Assembly: GCA_043821285.1 (NCBI GenBank)
Contig: JBDRCZ010000109.1
Span: forward strand, 4,302-68,301
Length of the DNA: 64,000 nucleotides
From: Candidatus Omnitrophota bacterium
GTDB taxonomy: Bacteria; Omnitrophota; Gorgyraeia; B26-G9; JBDRCZ01
Reading direction: 5' to 3'
Part shown: piece after piece, positions 1-8,503 of the stretch
How positions within the stretch are numbered: position 1 is the stretch's first letter
How the letters are laid out: every line of letters begins with the position of its first letter
Notes under the pieces: generated by a model
What the model was told of the DNA's origin: nothing
The model's database searches: none
The model's input: the letters and a program-made list of their open reading frames with translations, nothing else
Made by a program: the position numbers and the translations under genes

Positions 1-1
1 A

Positions 2-160
2 GCAGTGCTTGAGCAGATTTATATCCAAAAATTGAAACAGCCGCAGGCGGTTTTGGATTTTTACGAAAAATTTATCAGTGAACATAAAGATGAAGATTAT
101 GAACTAAGTAAAATTTTAAGAAAAAGGATAGAAAAAATAAAAGAGGTTACAAAGACATAG
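2..160 (+). CDS. C-terminal fragment of an unknown protein (open frame into window start, stop TAG 158-160)
   Basis: Open frame from the window edge: ...AVLEQIYIQKLKQPQAVLDFYEKFISEHKDEDYELSKILRKRIEKIKEVTKT*. No recognisable family. Confidence 0.35.
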   Translation, partial: AVLEQIYIQKLKQPQAVLDFYEKFISEHKDEDYELSKILRKRIEKIKEVTKT

Positions 161-233
161 ATAATGGGATTGCAGAAATCAAATTTCTGCAGCAGGTCGT
201 ATTCTTAGACACGACCTGAGGAGGGATGAACAA

Positions 234-1541
234 ATGGAACAACAGAAATTTATGGATGTACTGGAAAAAGTTGATAAACTTGCAGATTTACATCAGGTGA
301 GCCAGGCAATTAATTCTACACGGGATCTGACAAAGTTACTAGAGATTAGTTTAAATGCGGCAATGCAGACGTTAGAGTCTGATGCTGGTTCGATATTTTT
401 GCTTGAACCGGGCGGACAGGAATTGGTGCTAAGAATTGCCCGCGGTAAAAACTATTATCCGAGTGCCGGAATGGTTAAGAAAATTGGTGAAGGGATTGCG
501 GGTATGGTTGCCTATTCTAAGACACCGGTACTGGTAAAAGACATTCGGAATGACCCGCATTTTCACAGTAATGGTTATCACCACTATGATACTAATTCTT
601 TTATTTGTGCACCACTAGTAACGACGAATAAATTAATTGGCGTAGTTAATATTACCGAAAAAAGAACCGGAGAGCATTTTGATACCGATGACCTGGAATT
701 TCTTTCCATTCTTGCCAGTCATGTAGCAATTGCCGTGGAAAAACTTCAGCTTTATGAAGAGATTAGACAATTTAATTTGACCCTGGAAGAAAAGGTAAAA
801 TTAGCGACCGAAGAGCTGAAGAAAAATATATCCGAAAAGATTGACCTGGAAAAACAGCTGGTAATATCCAAAAGGCTTGCCGCAATAAGTAAGATTGCGG
901 CAAGTATTGCCCATGAGTTAAATAATCCTTTGGATGGGGTTATAAGGTATATAAATCTTTCTTTAGATCATATTAATAAAGATGAGGTTTTACATGAATA
1001 TCTAAGCGAGGCAAAAGGGGGGTTATCAAGAATGGCCGAGATTTCCCGTTCCCTTTTGGATTTTTTCCGCCAGACAGTTAGTGTAAATATTTATGTAGAT
1101 ATTTATGAAGAAATAGATAAGGCACTTATTGATGCCCATCGTGCACAGCCGTTTAAAAAATTAGAGATTATAAAAAAATATCAAAAAGAAATGCCGCAAC
1201 TTATTGACCGGGGTATTCAAATAGCATTTTCAAACATCATAAAGAACGCATTAGAGGCAATGCCAAAAGGCGGAAAAATTAAAATCACAACATTTTTCTA
1301 CAAAGACGATCTCTATATAAGATTTAAAGATACTGGCTATGGGATACCCGATGCAATACAAGAGGGGATCTTTCAGCCATTTTTCACAACTAAAAAAATG
1401 GAAAGAGGTTCTGGACTGGGACTGGCAATATCAAATGAGATTGTGCAAAGATATAATGGCAAGATAACAGTGAGCAGTCATAATGGCGAGGGGACAATAT
1501 TTACCATTCAAATACCTAAGGGACAGAATGTGAAGGAGTAG
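234..1541 (+). CDS. Cytoplasmic sensor histidine kinase with N-terminal GAF domain
   Basis: RBS gaggaggg 8 nt upstream. GAF-like N-terminus. H-box AASIAHELNNPL. HATPase_c G-boxes (DTGYGIP, GSGLGLAI). No TM segments. Confidence 0.85.
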   Translation: MEQQKFMDVLEKVDKLADLHQVSQAINSTRDLTKLLEISLNAAMQTLESDAGSIFLLEPGGQELVLRIARGKNYYPSAGMVKKIGEGIAGMVAYSKTPVLVKDIRNDPHFHSNGYHHYDTNSFICAPLVTTNKLIGVVNITEKRTGEHFDTDDLEFLSILASHVAIAVEKLQLYEEIRQFNLTLEEKVKLATEELKKNISEKIDLEKQLVISKRLAAISKIAASIAHELNNPLDGVIRYINLSLDHINKDEVLHEYLSEAKGGLSRMAEISRSLLDFFRQTVSVNIYVDIYEEIDKALIDAHRAQPFKKLEIIKKYQKEMPQLIDRGIQIAFSNIIKNALEAMPKGGKIKITTFFYKDDLYIRFKDTGYGIPDAIQEGIFQPFFTTKKMERGSGLGLAISNEIVQRYNGKITVSSHNGEGTIFTIQIPKGQNVKE

Positions 1542-1560
1542 TTTTAATATCTGCCTAACA

Positions 1561-1655
1561 AAATCGAAGACCCGCCGGTACTGTGGCGGGCTTGACGTCC
1601 GCCACAAAGTCGAAGATGCGCCAACGTATTAGTGGCGGACAGGGATTAAATTCGC
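1561..1655 (+). repeat. REP-like palindromic element (two tandem units) between the kinase and regulator genes
   Basis: tcgaagacccgccggtactgtggcggg / tccgccacaaagtcgaagatgcgccaacgtattagtggcggacagggattaaat. Confidence 0.6.
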
Positions 1656-1732
1656 AGACGGACATGGTCCTACAATTTACAAAGCTTTCACTTCGTAAAT
1701 TGTCTGCTTATTTAACGAATAATCTTATTAAA

Positions 1733-3106
1733 ATGCTTAAAAGTATATTGGTCGTTGATGATGAAAATTTAATTCGCAAGTCCCTTTATGAATTATTGCG
1801 CCGGGATGGTTATTCTGTGGATACGGCCACGAACGGAGAAGAGGCCTTAAAAAAGATTGATCATAACTTTGATGTAGTTATTTCTGATATTAAGATGCCG
1901 AAGATGGATGGTCTTGAATTGTTGAAAGAAATCAAGGCAGCGCATCTGCATACTGAGGTAGTTTTGATTACTGGATACGGAAATATTGAAGATGCCGTAG
2001 AGGCGATGCGTCAGGGGGCGTTTGATTATATTACCAAACCAATTGTGGATAATGAAATAAAGATAATTATTAATAAAATAATCAGCCGGCAAAAATTAAT
2101 TGAAGAAAATCAATATCTGCGTAAAAGGCTGGAGACTACTGAAAGGGATAAATTTCATGGAATTATCGGCCATAATATCAATATGCAGAAGATTTATGCT
2201 TTAATCGAAGCGATCGCCTCAACAAAAGCCAATGTATTAATTACCGGAGAAAGCGGTACGGGTAAAAGAGTGATTGCGCATGCTATTCATGCCTGTGATA
2301 CTATACGGCATAATAAACCATTTGTTGAAGTTAGCTGTGGAGCATTGCCGCCAACATTACTGGAGAGCGAATTATTTGGTCATGTCAAAGGGGCTTTTAC
2401 GGATGCGAGCAAGGACCGTATTGGCAGATTTGAGGCGGCAAATGGCGGGACGATACTTCTTGATGAAATAGACACATTTTCACCATATTTACAGGTAAAA
2501 TTACTGCGTATACTTCAACAGGGTGAATTTGAAAGAGTTGGGGATACAAGTACCGTAAAGATAGATGTACGAATAATTGCCGCGACCAATCGTGATCTTG
2601 AAACAGATATCAGCAATAACAAATTTCGCGAGGATTTATATTACCGTATTAATGTTATTAAAATTGATATCCCTCCGCTTCGGGAAAGGCTTGATGACCT
2701 GCCGCTTTTGGTAGACCATTTTATTAAAAGATACAGCGCAAAAATGAATAAAAAGATTAATAATATTTCCGAGGAAGCATTGAGCGCAATGAAATTATAT
2801 AATTGGCCGGGTAATATTCGGGAATTAGAGAATATAATTGAACGGGCGGTAATTTTGGCAAAAGAGGCGTCAATTACAATAAACGAAATGCCGCCGGTAA
2901 TTTCTCTGTCCGATAAAAAGAAGATGCCGTATAATCATCAGCAAAATACTCTTAAAAAGGCATTACAGGAGCCGGAAAAACAGTTAATTTTAGATATTCT
3001 TGAGAAGACCAATTGGAACCGTAAGAAGGCAGCAGCACTTCTTGGAATAAATCGAACGACCTTATACAACAAGATAAAAAAATATAAAATTAAAATAAAA
3101 CCATGA
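1733..3106 (+). CDS. Sigma54-dependent response regulator (NtrC-family bEBP: REC + AAA+ + Fis-type HTH)
   Basis: REC domain MLKSILVVDDE...D. Walker A GESGTGK. GAFTGA-like loop reads GAFTDA. ESELFGH motif. C-terminal HTH LLGINRTTLYNKIKK. The ORF track starts at 1583, but 1583-1660 is occupied by a REP-like repeat, so the start is more likely ATG 1733 (alternative 1664). Confidence 0.8.
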   Translation: MLKSILVVDDENLIRKSLYELLRRDGYSVDTATNGEEALKKIDHNFDVVISDIKMPKMDGLELLKEIKAAHLHTEVVLITGYGNIEDAVEAMRQGAFDYITKPIVDNEIKIIINKIISRQKLIEENQYLRKRLETTERDKFHGIIGHNINMQKIYALIEAIASTKANVLITGESGTGKRVIAHAIHACDTIRHNKPFVEVSCGALPPTLLESELFGHVKGAFTDASKDRIGRFEAANGGTILLDEIDTFSPYLQVKLLRILQQGEFERVGDTSTVKIDVRIIAATNRDLETDISNNKFREDLYYRINVIKIDIPPLRERLDDLPLLVDHFIKRYSAKMNKKINNISEEALSAMKLYNWPGNIRELENIIERAVILAKEASITINEMPPVISLSDKKKMPYNHQQNTLKKALQEPEKQLILDILEKTNWNRKKAAALLGINRTTLYNKIKKYKIKIKP

Positions 3107-4140
3107 ATTTTTCTGAAATTATTGATAGTAAAAACTGGCAAAAATTACAGGACCATTTTGCCGAGGTCCTCCAGGTAACCATCAGAACCATTGATCCCGA
3201 TGGTGAACTTTTGACGGTCCCATCCCGACCGACAAATCTATGTCAGGAGGCCCTCGGCAATTTATTGAAGATGATACAAAAATGCAGCAGCTGTCTGCCG
3301 GATTTTAATAAAGGGGAGGCATATCTTACAAAAAATCCTACTTATAAATGTCTCTTTGAATTACATAATTTTGTTATACCAATTAAAACGGCCAGTGAGG
3401 AAGTGGTTGCTTTTTTGTTGGGGGGACCGGTGATCATTGACCGGCTGGAAGACTTAGAAAAATATAGAGCACTTTCGAAAGAGTGCAATATTCCTTATGA
3501 ATCAGTGCTCTCTTCGATAAAACAGTTAAAAACTTTTACTTACTGGAAAGTACATACGGTGATTGAACTGTTACGGGAGGTGAGCAGCTGTATCGTTCAG
3601 CTCGGATATCAAAAATATAGATTGAAGATGATAATTCCTGATTTATTTAAAAACGGAAAATTGGATAAAAAAAATTATGATAGTTTTTATCTGCAAGAGA
3701 TGCTGGAATTATTTATGGATATCGCTTCAAAGGCAACAAAGACGGAAAATGCCTCGGTAATGCTTTTGGATAAGGAGAACAAATTAACGATTAGGGCCGC
3801 GCGCGGGCTAAATTATGACATTGTAAAAAATACGAGTTTAAAATTAGGCGAGGCAATTGCCGGGCGGGTAGCTAAAGAAGGAAAATCCATCCTCATTACT
3901 GAGGAGACAACGGATTTGGATATAAAGAATAATCTTAGACATCCGGAATTACATCATGCCGTAGTTTCGCCAATATGCATTAATAATGAAGTAATGGGCG
4001 TTATCAATGTTTCAACTAAAGAACCGGCGAATAAGCTTGGTCCGGAGACAGTAAGTTTACTGGAGCAGCTTACTCTGCTTGCGAGTTGTGCGATTAAAAA
4101 TTTTAGAGAAGACACCTGCCTGCCCGGCAGGCAGGGATGA
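3103..4140 (+). CDS. GAF-domain protein (Cys-rich N-terminal domain of unknown function + C-terminal GAF)
   Basis: ATGA overlap with the upstream gene. C-terminal about 150 aa is paralogous to the GAF domain of the kinase at 234 (…GEAIAGRVA…VVSPICINNEVMGVINV). Confidence 0.7.
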   Translation: MNFSEIIDSKNWQKLQDHFAEVLQVTIRTIDPDGELLTVPSRPTNLCQEALGNLLKMIQKCSSCLPDFNKGEAYLTKNPTYKCLFELHNFVIPIKTASEEVVAFLLGGPVIIDRLEDLEKYRALSKECNIPYESVLSSIKQLKTFTYWKVHTVIELLREVSSCIVQLGYQKYRLKMIIPDLFKNGKLDKKNYDSFYLQEMLELFMDIASKATKTENASVMLLDKENKLTIRAARGLNYDIVKNTSLKLGEAIAGRVAKEGKSILITEETTDLDIKNNLRHPELHHAVVSPICINNEVMGVINVSTKEPANKLGPETVSLLEQLTLLASCAIKNFREDTCLPGRQG

Positions 4141-4664
4141 TCACCGATGAGAAGAAACACCTGCCCGCCATCGTTGTTTGGATGGTCTTTGACTTTGTGG
4201 CGGGGATGAGCACAGATTAAAAAAATCGAGCTTTTATTTGTTATTATTTTTTAGCCACGGATGAAACACGGATTTTTAATAATCAAACCCTTTAACCTCA
4301 TTTTTTGACAGAATAAATCCCATAAGAAAATATCAACCGACCCTGTTTAAAAATAATGCATATAATCGTAATTGGCACAAAACTTTTTATTGTTAATACT
4401 ATTTCTTTAACTTTATAACGGGACACGCAGGATTTACAAGATTTTTCTCCTGTTAATCCTGTCCATATTCTTTTTTAATCACTAATTGCACTAATTATCA
4501 CGAATGGTCAGGTAACAATTCTCTCATATAAAAGTTTTAAGCAGCTGCCAAATATACTTGAACACATATCCCCTATTATCTTATAATTCTTGTCTTTGAA
4601 CAATAATTCCTTTTTCATTCGTGAAAATCGGTGTTATTCGTGGTTTAAATATTTTTTTAAATGA

Positions 4665-4755
4665 CCCGCCATGTCCACCACAAAACATTGGCGGATCTTC
4701 GATATTTTGGCGGGGAATTTAACCCGCCGACGCTTTGTGGCGGGTATTCCCTCAA
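4665..4755 (+). repeat. REP-like CCGCC/GGCGG palindromic units
   Basis: gacccgccatgtccaccacaaaacattggcggatcttcgatattttggcggggaatttaacccgccgacgctttgtggcgggtattccc. Confidence 0.55.
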
Positions 4756-4868
4756 TCTGTGTTAATCCGTGGTTTTATCTTGAAAAATCTGGGTTCAAAT
4801 CTGATGCAACCGGCAAGATACCTATGCGTTAGCCACATAGATAGACAGTTATCAGGAATTTTTTTATT

Positions 4869-4897
4869 TTGACAATGCACGCAATTTTTGTTATATT
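4869..4897 (+). promoter_or_regulatory. Sigma70-like promoter TTGACA-17-TATATT
   Basis: ttgaca(4869-4874) atgcacgcaatttttgt tatatt(4892-4897) inside the 1-kb non-coding region. Confidence 0.45.
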
Positions 4898-5007
4898 ATA
4901 GATACACACCAAAATTCTAACTCCTTACATATTAAACTCATCTATTTCCTACGGTTTTGCCGCAGGGGGACATTTGGAGGGAAGGAATGATATTAATATC
5001 TGTATAG

Positions 5008-5075
5008 TAAATCGAAGACCCGCTGTATTGTGGCGGACGGGGATTAAATAACCTGCCAAAATTTATGGCGGGCCA
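5008..5075 (+). repeat. REP-like element
   Basis: aatcgaagacccgctgtattgtggcggacggggattaaat…atggcgggcc. Near-identical to the unit at 1561. Confidence 0.6.
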
Positions 5076-5212
5076 TTTAAAGTGTAAAACAAAAGTTTTT
5101 AAATGGATAAAAATTTCTGGTATTGCGAAACAACATCAACTTGGACTAATACCATATAGTCTTACTACAGTGATAGTCAAACTGAAGGAAATTTTTATTA
5201 GTAAAGACAAAA

Positions 5213-6355
5213 TTGAACAAGATAAAAGTATTTTATATCATAACGAAATTAGAACTTGGCGGGGCACAGCTTTACACCTTAGATTTAATTAAAACACTGG
5301 ATCGAGATAAATTTCAGCCGGTACTGCTAAGTTCTGACCATGGATTTTTAGTTGAAGAAGTAAAAAGGCAAGCTTTCTGCAAAACCTACTTTTTACCTGC
5401 CTTAAAAAGAGAGATTAATCCCCTATTAGATTTGCTTGCTTTTGTAAAGATAATTAAGTGTATACGAGATGAAAAACCGGATATTGTACATACCCATAGC
5501 TCAAAAGCCGGCATATTAGGCCGCTGGGCAGCAAAAATAGATGGGGTTAAGAAAATTATCCATACTATTCATGGGTTCCCTTTTTATGAGTATCAGAATA
5601 AGATTATTAAATATTTTTATATCTTTCTTGAAAAAATAACCGCGAAAATAACTACACAACTTATTACCGTTTCAAAAAGCGATATCCAAAAGGGACTAAA
5701 ATATAAAATTGGGACGTTAGAAAAATATGTGACAATACAGTGTATAATGCCAACGGAGCGGTTTAAAATAAGCCAAGATGAAATAGATAAAGTAAAAGCA
5801 GATTTCCGCTTAAAAAACGGGGTAAAAATTGTTGGCATGGTTGCTTGTTTTAAGCCGCAAAAGGCGCCGCTTGATTTTATTGAAATGTGCTGTTCTGTAT
5901 TAAAAAGGCTGCCAGATACCAAATTTATTTTAGTCGGCGACGGGATCTTACGAAAAAAGATTGAGCAGAGGATAAGACAATATAATTTAGAAGGTAAGAT
6001 TATACTTACCGGCTGGCGGAGAGATGTTCCAGAGATTTTATCGGTTATGGATGTATTTGTGCTTACGAGTAAATGGGAGGGGTTACCGGTTGCAATAATG
6101 GAAGCGATGTATATGGGTGTGCCGGTAGTCGCAAATTGCGTTGATGGGGTTCAGGAACTAGTACAGGATAAAGTTACCGGATATCTTGTTTCACCTGGGG
6201 ATATCGAAGGAATGGCAAATCGGGTAGTTGAGCTGCTGGCTAATGACAAGAAACGGATAACTTTGGCAGAGCAGGCAAGACATGCGGTTGATAACAAATA
6301 TAATATTACAACAATGGTAAATGATACCCAGCAGGTTTATGAATCATTGATTTAA
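5213..6355 (+). CDS. Glycosyltransferase family 4 (GT-B)
   Basis: TTG start, aggaa about 18 nt upstream. N-term KVFYIITKLELGGAQ is typical of GT4. C-terminal E-x7-E region (EGLPVAIMEAMYMGVPVV). Confidence 0.8.
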   Translation: MNKIKVFYIITKLELGGAQLYTLDLIKTLDRDKFQPVLLSSDHGFLVEEVKRQAFCKTYFLPALKREINPLLDLLAFVKIIKCIRDEKPDIVHTHSSKAGILGRWAAKIDGVKKIIHTIHGFPFYEYQNKIIKYFYIFLEKITAKITTQLITVSKSDIQKGLKYKIGTLEKYVTIQCIMPTERFKISQDEIDKVKADFRLKNGVKIVGMVACFKPQKAPLDFIEMCCSVLKRLPDTKFILVGDGILRKKIEQRIRQYNLEGKIILTGWRRDVPEILSVMDVFVLTSKWEGLPVAIMEAMYMGVPVVANCVDGVQELVQDKVTGYLVSPGDIEGMANRVVELLANDKKRITLAEQARHAVDNKYNITTMVNDTQQVYESLI

Positions 6356-6495
6356 AGTACAAAATTGACAAAACCTGATTTTTTCATTGCAGAATATATA
6401 GCTGTTCAATAGTTGCTGTTTTGGTATCAAAATAAAATCTGTTATAGATAGAGAGTTGAAAAATACAAAGTATTTTTCGATTTGGATAATTAAAG

Positions 6496-7503
6496 ATGCA
6501 ACAATACATATTTTATACAGTTTTAGTTTCGATGATGCTGGCAATTATGCTTATGCCAATTTTTAAAAAATTTGCCTACAAGAAAAATCTGCTTAGCCGT
6601 ACAAACGCGATGGACAGGCGTAAGGTGCCTTATATTGGGGGTATTGTTTTTTACATTGTTTTTTGCATGGTTCTTATGATTATGCTTAATGTATCAAAGA
6701 TGCCTTTTGTGATTAAAAAATTGCAGGGGATAATTATTTCTTCAGCAATAATTGTTATTTTAGGACTATATGATGACTGGCGGGAGCTTAAGATGTTACC
6801 TAAATTTTTCGGCCAGCTTATTGCAGCAATGAGTCTGGCAATATTTGGCATCCGTACACATATAATCTTAATTGGGGATTTAGTAAATTATATTATAACG
6901 ATTATTTGGATTGTCGGGATTGTAAATGCGTTTAACTTTTTAGATATCAGAGATGGCTTATGTGCGGGTATTGCTCTAATTGCCACTACTTCATTTTTTA
7001 TAATTGCCCTTATCACTAAAAACAATTATATTGCCATGCAGTGCGCGGTATTAGCCGGAATTTTAATCGTATTTTTGAAATACAATTGTCCGCCGGCAAA
7101 GTTATTTATGGGGGATACCGGCAGCATGTTTTTAGGCTTTATCTTGGCCGCGATTGCCTTAGAAATAAGCTATGCCCCGGAAGGCCACAGCCTGCGTCTT
7201 TTATCTCCGATTATGGTAATGACGGTGCCTATTTTTGATATTATTTTTGTGACATTTATGCGGTTGAAAAATAAAAGGTCTGTTTTTAAAAAGAGTAACG
7301 ATCATTTTATTTTTTTACTGGAGGGGACAAAATTCAGCCGGCAGAATAGTATTATTTTTATGTTTAAATTAGGAATACTTGCTGCACTTGCGGCAATCAT
7401 TATAAATCTGACAGTAAATATTACCGGCAGTATCGTTTTTGTCATACTTTTAGTAACATTTATTGTCTCCGGAGCCAAAATTAGTTACTTAAAAAATGTT
7501 TAA
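6496..7503 (+). CDS. wecA: Polyprenyl-phosphate HexNAc-1-phosphate transferase (WecA/MraY family, glycosyltransferase family 4)
   Basis: Multi-TM protein. Motifs DDWRELK, NAFNFLDIRDGL and PAKLFMGDTGSMFLGF match WecA/MraY signatures. Confidence 0.8.
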   Translation: MQQYIFYTVLVSMMLAIMLMPIFKKFAYKKNLLSRTNAMDRRKVPYIGGIVFYIVFCMVLMIMLNVSKMPFVIKKLQGIIISSAIIVILGLYDDWRELKMLPKFFGQLIAAMSLAIFGIRTHIILIGDLVNYIITIIWIVGIVNAFNFLDIRDGLCAGIALIATTSFFIIALITKNNYIAMQCAVLAGILIVFLKYNCPPAKLFMGDTGSMFLGFILAAIALEISYAPEGHSLRLLSPIMVMTVPIFDIIFVTFMRLKNKRSVFKKSNDHFIFLLEGTKFSRQNSIIFMFKLGILAALAAIIINLTVNITGSIVFVILLVTFIVSGAKISYLKNV

Positions 7504-8326
7504 TATTGCAGATTTTATAAGAAAGATTCCCCCCAATTGGGAATTACTAATAAATTTAGCTTTAAAAAATATAAAGGTGCAGTATCGGCAGCCTTGGCTT
7601 GGGTTTTTGTGGGCATTTTTTGTGCCTTTGTTTATGATAATTATATTTAAGTTTATATTTTCAGTGATTCTGCGTATTCAAATAGCCGAGTATCCATTTT
7701 TCATTTATCTGATGACCGCAGTATTTCCCTGGAAATATTTTCAGGACTCCGTGGTGAGCGGAACCAACAGCATATTGAATAATAAAAACCTGGTAAAAGA
7801 GGCGGCATTCCCCCGTGAGCTTTTACCCATATCTGTAGTTATTGCCAATCTTATTAATTTTATCCCCAGTTTAGTAATAATGTTTTTATTTTTGCATATT
7901 TTTCGACTGGGTATCTCTGGCTGGTTTTTGTTACTGCCGGTTATTGTGTTATTGCATACATTTTTCATCATTGGGTTTGTGTTACTGACTTCTTGTCTTC
8001 AGGTAAAATTCCGCGATTTAAACTATATTGTGGAAGTATTAGTTTTTGCACTTTTTTATTTAACGCCGGTTTTTTATCCGCTAAATTTAGTCGAGCAGTA
8101 CCTAAATCCGGGGCTTTTTAAATTATATATAGCCAATCCGTTAGTCGGGATGCTTAATCTTTACCGGATAGCTTTTCTTCCGGGTTTTTACCGGACATTA
8201 CCAGAGCAAGTACAGATTTTTGATATTATCGTAATTCCTTTGATATGGACAGGCTTTATCTTTGCCACAGGGATTTTTGTTTTTAGAAAGCAAAAATATA
8301 CATTTAATGATTATATAGCTATTTAA
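7496..8326 (+). CDS. wzm: ABC-2 type polysaccharide exporter permease (Wzm-like)
   Basis: Six predicted TM helices. Overlaps the upstream gene by 8 nt. Immediately precedes the Wzt-like ATPase. Confidence 0.75.
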   Translation: MFNIADFIRKIPPNWELLINLALKNIKVQYRQPWLGFLWAFFVPLFMIIIFKFIFSVILRIQIAEYPFFIYLMTAVFPWKYFQDSVVSGTNSILNNKNLVKEAAFPRELLPISVVIANLINFIPSLVIMFLFLHIFRLGISGWFLLLPVIVLLHTFFIIGFVLLTSCLQVKFRDLNYIVEVLVFALFYLTPVFYPLNLVEQYLNPGLFKLYIANPLVGMLNLYRIAFLPGFYRTLPEQVQIFDIIVIPLIWTGFIFATGIFVFRKQKYTFNDYIAI

Positions 8327-8360
8327 TTATTACTGAAAATACCAGCAATAATTTAAAAAA

Positions 8361-8475
8361 CGAAATGCAACCACAGATTAAATCACCACAGATTTATAGA
8401 GATGAATTAAAAGAATAAAATCATTTTAATCTGAGTAATCTGTGGTTGCTTAAAAAAATACGAAAGTTTTGACAG
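8361..8475 (+). repeat. MITE-like dispersed repeat, copy 1
   Basis: gcaaccacagatt … aatctgtggttgc is a 13-bp perfect inverted repeat. Tail cttaaaaaaatacgaaagttttgacag is shared with other copies. Confidence 0.7.
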
Positions 8476-8503
8476 TATCATTAATGTCGAAGGAAATACT
8501 TTA

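Noticed and set aside
4112-4135. Perfect GC palindrome cctgcctgcccggcaggcagg at the 3' end of the GAF-protein gene, considered as an intrinsic terminator
   Set aside because: It is a strong stem but is followed by gatgatcaccgatgag with no U-tract. I keep it as a possible RNA-stability hairpin rather than a terminator feature.
4360-5212. Sigma54 -24/-12 promoter (TGGCAC-N5-TTGC) in front of the glycan island, expected because of the adjacent NtrC-type activator
   Set aside because: Candidates such as tggcacaaaacttttt (4369) and ctggtattgcg (5128) have wrong spacing or lack the GC dinucleotide. No convincing match was found by eye.
5065-5292. 75-aa + strand ORF overlapping the start of the first GT4 gene
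   Set aside because: No RBS. The sequence is low complexity. Its 3' half is just the out-of-frame GT4 N-terminus. The GT4 TTG start at 5213 with an upstream aggaa explains the region better.
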